Source: a virus | Taxonomy: Duplodnaviria; Caudoviricetes | Strand: one strand, 5' to 3' | DNA length: 59,821 nucleotides | Virus record (IMG/VR): IMGVR_UViG_3300018080_000197 | Coordinates: 1-59,821 of that record | Shown: in pieces, positions 56,802 to 59,821 of the stretch | How the letters are laid out: the number at the start of each line of letters is the position of its first letter | Position numbering within the stretch: position 1 is the stretch's first letter | Notes under the pieces: model-generated | The model's input: only the letters and a program-made list of their open reading frames with translations | Database searches by the model: none | Told to the model about the DNA's origin: nothing | Position numbers and translations under genes: made by a program

Positions 56802-57622
56802 ATGAGACGCGGAAACCAATTGGAGGTCCTGGAAGTAATTCGGACGCGCGACGGTCATTGGATTTGCCCTATCTGTGGTGAACCGTACGACCACTATGGG
56901 CTGGCCCGGGAATGTCTGGAAGAGTGTAGGGGAGCCCACAGCCATGTCTAGGCGATGCCGATACACGTTTCGCAGCACAGACGGCCGCACATTCAAGGTA
57001 GTGATTACCCCTGTGAGCTACAAGGGCAATCCATCTGGATTCAGGTTCACGCTAGCGGGAAGGACGTTTTTCCGCCTCAGACTGACAGCGGAGGAAGTGT
57101 TGTCCGACGCCAAAAACGTCTTGAACAAAATGTTGTTGCCAGAAGGGGCAGAAGTGATTGTGGAGGACACCAATGGCTAGCCATGAATACGATGTGCGCA
57201 GGCTGGCAGGGACCAAGACACCTATCTGGGCACTGTCCAAGCTGAAGCAGAAACCCTTCCCGCACTGGCTCACCATGCGGTTCTTCAAGGAAGATGAACG
57301 CGGAGCTAATGAGTGTCTGTTCCGGCTATGCAGGCGCACAGTGGGATTGGCTACCATCCGTGCCACGTGCAAGGTCTACGGCGCTACGTTGGACGAATCC
57401 TGCCTGGACTCCCAGTTGAAGGTAGACCTGCCTCCAGGAAGTGTCTGGAATATCAACGGGCTCCACACGCGGACCCGACCATTCGCCAGACCCGGCAGGC
57501 GACAACTTGACATAAGGGACCTGCTGGAGGACATGGAACACGGCGTCTCTTCCTGCCCCAATCCGGACTGCGCTGTCTGTAACACTGTGGAGGAACCCAC
57601 TTGCCAGAAGAACGACAGATAA
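56802..57622 (+). CDS. three small early ORFs (56802-56951 CxxC; 56944-57180; 57173-57622 with C-terminal Cys cluster)
   Basis: Overlapping start/stop packing; GGAG-type RBSs. Confidence 0.6.
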
Positions 57623-57924
57623 CCAAGACCCCCAGACGGGCCATAACCAAAACCCGCAGACGGGATGCTGGGAGTGAACGCAGGATAACCAAGACCCCCA
57701 GACGGATGATAACCAAGACGGCGCGCCTCTCCCTCCCCGACACCTTCAGGGTCCGGAACATGGGGAGAGGTTTGCAAAGACCATTCGCCCTCCAGCAATG
57801 CGTCAACAGGCCGTTCCCCGTCTGGGTCTGCAAGGCGTTTTTCGAGACAGAGGCTATGGCCGTGCGCGCATACCCCCTGTCAGGGGACTTCACCCTGGAG
57901 CTGGAAGCGGAGGACATACAATGA
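57601..57924 (+). CDS. protein with four R-x-I-T-K-T repeats
   Basis: TTG start with GGAGG RBS; stop overlaps next ATG; 22-bp direct repeat at 57618 and 57684. Confidence 0.7.
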   Translation: MPEERQITKTPRRAITKTRRRDAGSERRITKTPRRMITKTARLSLPDTFRVRNMGRGLQRPFALQQCVNRPFPVWVCKAFFETEAMAVRAYPLSGDFTLELEAEDIQ

Positions 57925-58799
57925 AGCATTGCTACGAAACGGTCAGATTCAACCACAAAAGCTGGCCTGTGGTGGAGAAGGTAATAGAGATAGTGGCGGA
58001 ATACAGGGGGCAGGGATACTCCCTTACGCTCCGCCAACTCTACTATCAGTTCGTGGCCAGAGGCCACATAGCCAACACCATGAGGGACTACAAAAGGCTG
58101 GGAGGTCTGGTGAGCAAGGCGCGCCGCGGTGGCTACCTGGACTGGGAGGCTATAGAGGACCGCACGCGGAATCTCCAGGGAAACTCCCACTGGGGGAGTC
58201 CGGGAGAGATAGTGCAGGCGTGCGTCAGGTCCTACGCCGTGGACAAGTGGGAGGACCAGCCACACAGAGTGGAGGTCTGGGTAGAGAAGGAAGCCTTGGT
58301 GGGAGTGGTGGCCAGAGTGGCCGGGGAACTGGACGTGGACTACTTCGCGTGCAGAGGCTATGTCTCTGACTCTGAAATGGAAGCTGCTGCACGACGTCAC
58401 ATAGCCTACGAACGCTGCGGGCAGTCCGTCACGGTTCTGCACTTGGGAGACCATGACCCCAGCGGGATTGACATGTCCAGGGATATCCAGGAACGGTTGG
58501 ACCTCTACCTGGCCCACACTAACGTGTTACGGATAGCTCTGAACATGGATCAAGTGGAGGAATACACGCCTCCGCCCAACCCGGCCAAACTGACGGACAC
58601 GCGCTGTCAAGACTACATGGCACGCTTCGGGGATGAATCATGGGAACTGGACGCTCTGGAACCCGCCGTCCTCTCCCAGCTAATCAAGGATCACGTAACG
58701 TCTCTACGGGACGACGTGCTATATGAAGCTGCCCTAGTAAGGCAGGAAAGCGGTCGTGACAAGCTCAGGGACGTGGCGGAGACCATTGACGACGAGTAG
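57921..58799 (+). CDS. Topo VI-A/Spo11-like wHTH + TOPRIM protein
   Basis: TLRQLYYQ, VWVEKEAL, RGY.S, LGDHDPSG, WELDAL. Confidence 0.75.
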   Translation: MKHCYETVRFNHKSWPVVEKVIEIVAEYRGQGYSLTLRQLYYQFVARGHIANTMRDYKRLGGLVSKARRGGYLDWEAIEDRTRNLQGNSHWGSPGEIVQACVRSYAVDKWEDQPHRVEVWVEKEALVGVVARVAGELDVDYFACRGYVSDSEMEAAARRHIAYERCGQSVTVLHLGDHDPSGIDMSRDIQERLDLYLAHTNVLRIALNMDQVEEYTPPPNPAKLTDTRCQDYMARFGDESWELDALEPAVLSQLIKDHVTSLRDDVLYEAALVRQESGRDKLRDVAETIDDE

Positions 58800-58849
58800 G
58801 ATTTCCGTCCTCCCACAACGCACACACACACAGGCAGAAAGGACATGTC

Positions 58850-59074
58850 ATGCAGAACGTAACCGTAGAGGTGGACGGGGACACCCTGATTCTGAGGGTG
58901 AACCTGTCCAAGTCCTACGGGATGACTGAATCCCGGAAGTCCAAGGGAATAGCCACCAGCAACGGTCCTGTTTCCCTGAGACACTACGGACTCCACGACG
59001 TGGTCATGGGGTTGAACGTCTGGCGCAAGATACGTCCAGTCAAACCCCGAGGAACGCGGAAGCCGGAGGCGTAG
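58850..59074 (+). CDS. small beta-rich hypothetical protein
   Basis: RBS AAAGGA; 74 aa. Confidence 0.65.
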   Translation: MQNVTVEVDGDTLILRVNLSKSYGMTESRKSKGIATSNGPVSLRHYGLHDVVMGLNVWRKIRPVKPRGTRKPEA

Positions 59075-59212
59075 GGAAAATGCGACGAATCCCTAGTCAT
59101 CACACAACCAGAACTGTTCTGTTACATACACGTATAACAGGTAAACAGAACAATACGGTTACACAAGTGAATAGGGATTCGTCTAATTTCTCCATAAGAA
59201 CTCCGTTCCTCT
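59075..59212. repeat. AT-rich element B, inverted homologue of element A
   Basis: GACGAATCCCTA (59084-59095) / TAGGGATTCGTC (59172-59183); shared blocks with 19670-19775. Confidence 0.85.
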
Positions 59213-59325
59213 TCAGGAAACAAGGGCAGTCCGGCCTAGAACCGGCCGAATCTGTGCTTTTGAAAATCTTCTTGTCACAACTACAGACCCGCCAAGAACT
59301 TGGGGGAATCAGGCCGGGATTAGCT

Positions 59326-59363
59326 GAAAATCTCTTGACAGGACGGTCACACGGGGGTATCTT
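59326..59363 (+). promoter_or_regulatory. sigma70-type promoter for the H1-like/replication operon
   Basis: TTGACA (59335-59340), 17 bp, TATCTT (59358-59363). Confidence 0.75.
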
Positions 59364-59496
59364 CAAGGCCGTGTTAGACCACAACTACAGACATGCACTT
59401 GGCCGGGACTGGTTGTATCGCCCACTGGGCCTAGCCCCCGTGGTCTAACCGGGTGATACAGCCGTCCCGGTCTTCTCTTCAGGGAGGACGGACAGA

Positions 59497-59821
59497 ATGA
59501 CAGAGGACGCCAAACAGACGGCGACCACAGCGCCTCAGACGGAACCCTCCCCCAGCAACGGGGGACGGACAGTGACCCTGACCCCCAAAGCGCCGGAGAC
59601 GGGGGAACAGCAGGGGACGACGGTGAAGACGGGAAAATCCGCACCCGTCAAGAAGGCCAAGAAGGCCAAGACGGCCAAGACGGCCAAGACGGCCAAGACG
59701 GCCAAGACGGCCAAGACCTCTTCCCCCAGCAAGCCGAAGGGGAAGCCGAAGGCCAAGACTGCCAGTGCCACGGCTGGAGACAGAGGGTGTGCGGCATTCA
59801 TCCGGCAGTGTTACACGGAAG
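59497..59821 (+). CDS. 5' part of the histone H1-like protein
   Basis: RBS AGGGAGG; MTEDAKQ...VKKAKKAK(TAK)5TSSPSKPKG..., open to the window end. Confidence 0.75.
   Translation, partial: MTEDAKQTATTAPQTEPSPSNGGRTVTLTPKAPETGEQQGTTVKTGKSAPVKKAKKAKTAKTAKTAKTAKTAKTSSPSKPKGKPKAKTASATAGDRGCAAFIRQCYTE
59670..59821 (+). repeat. terminal overlap with window start (circular assembly, unit ~59,605 bp)
   Basis: Matches 65-216 except T156 vs G59761. Confidence 0.92.

Noticed and set aside
59080-59448. 122-aa ORF spanning element B and the promoter
   Set aside because: Atypical composition; overlaps the hairpin element and a consensus promoter, so probably non-coding

Overview
The window is an apparently complete ~59.6 kb genome of a GC-rich, long-tailed (siphovirus-type) dsDNA phage. 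It is assembled as a circle: 59670-59821 repeats 65-216 with one SNP, and the 9-bp repeat there has a different copy number at each end. All credible genes lie on the + strand. Modules: (1) 59497->10887, a histone-H1-like basic protein and replication/recombination genes (SNF2-type helicase, RuvC-like, UDG, PD-(D/E)XK exonuclease, Sak4-like ATPase, SSB-like, family A polymerase, primase-helicase); (2) 10877-19648, DNA modification (Dam-class MTase, ParB-like, DpdA-like transglycosylase, QueC/D/E, HAD nucleotidase, MazG-like, PRTase-FolE fusion), predicting 7-deazaguanine-modified DNA; (3) 19805-27027, a clamp-like gene and small early ORFs; (4) 27329-56384, packaging, head, and a GTA-type tail with several receptor-binding proteins; (5) 56802-59074, early ORFs including a TOPRIM protein. 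I found no integrase, repressor, tRNA, CRISPR array or recognisable endolysin. The most striking unexplained signals are a short motif R-x-I-T-K-[RKT] near the ends of many unrelated, mostly DNA-handling proteins (four copies in one small protein), two homologous inverted hairpin elements with covarying arms bracketing the replication/modification block, and the PRTase-FolE fusion with a divergent QueC. All family assignments are from motifs read by eye; no searches were run.
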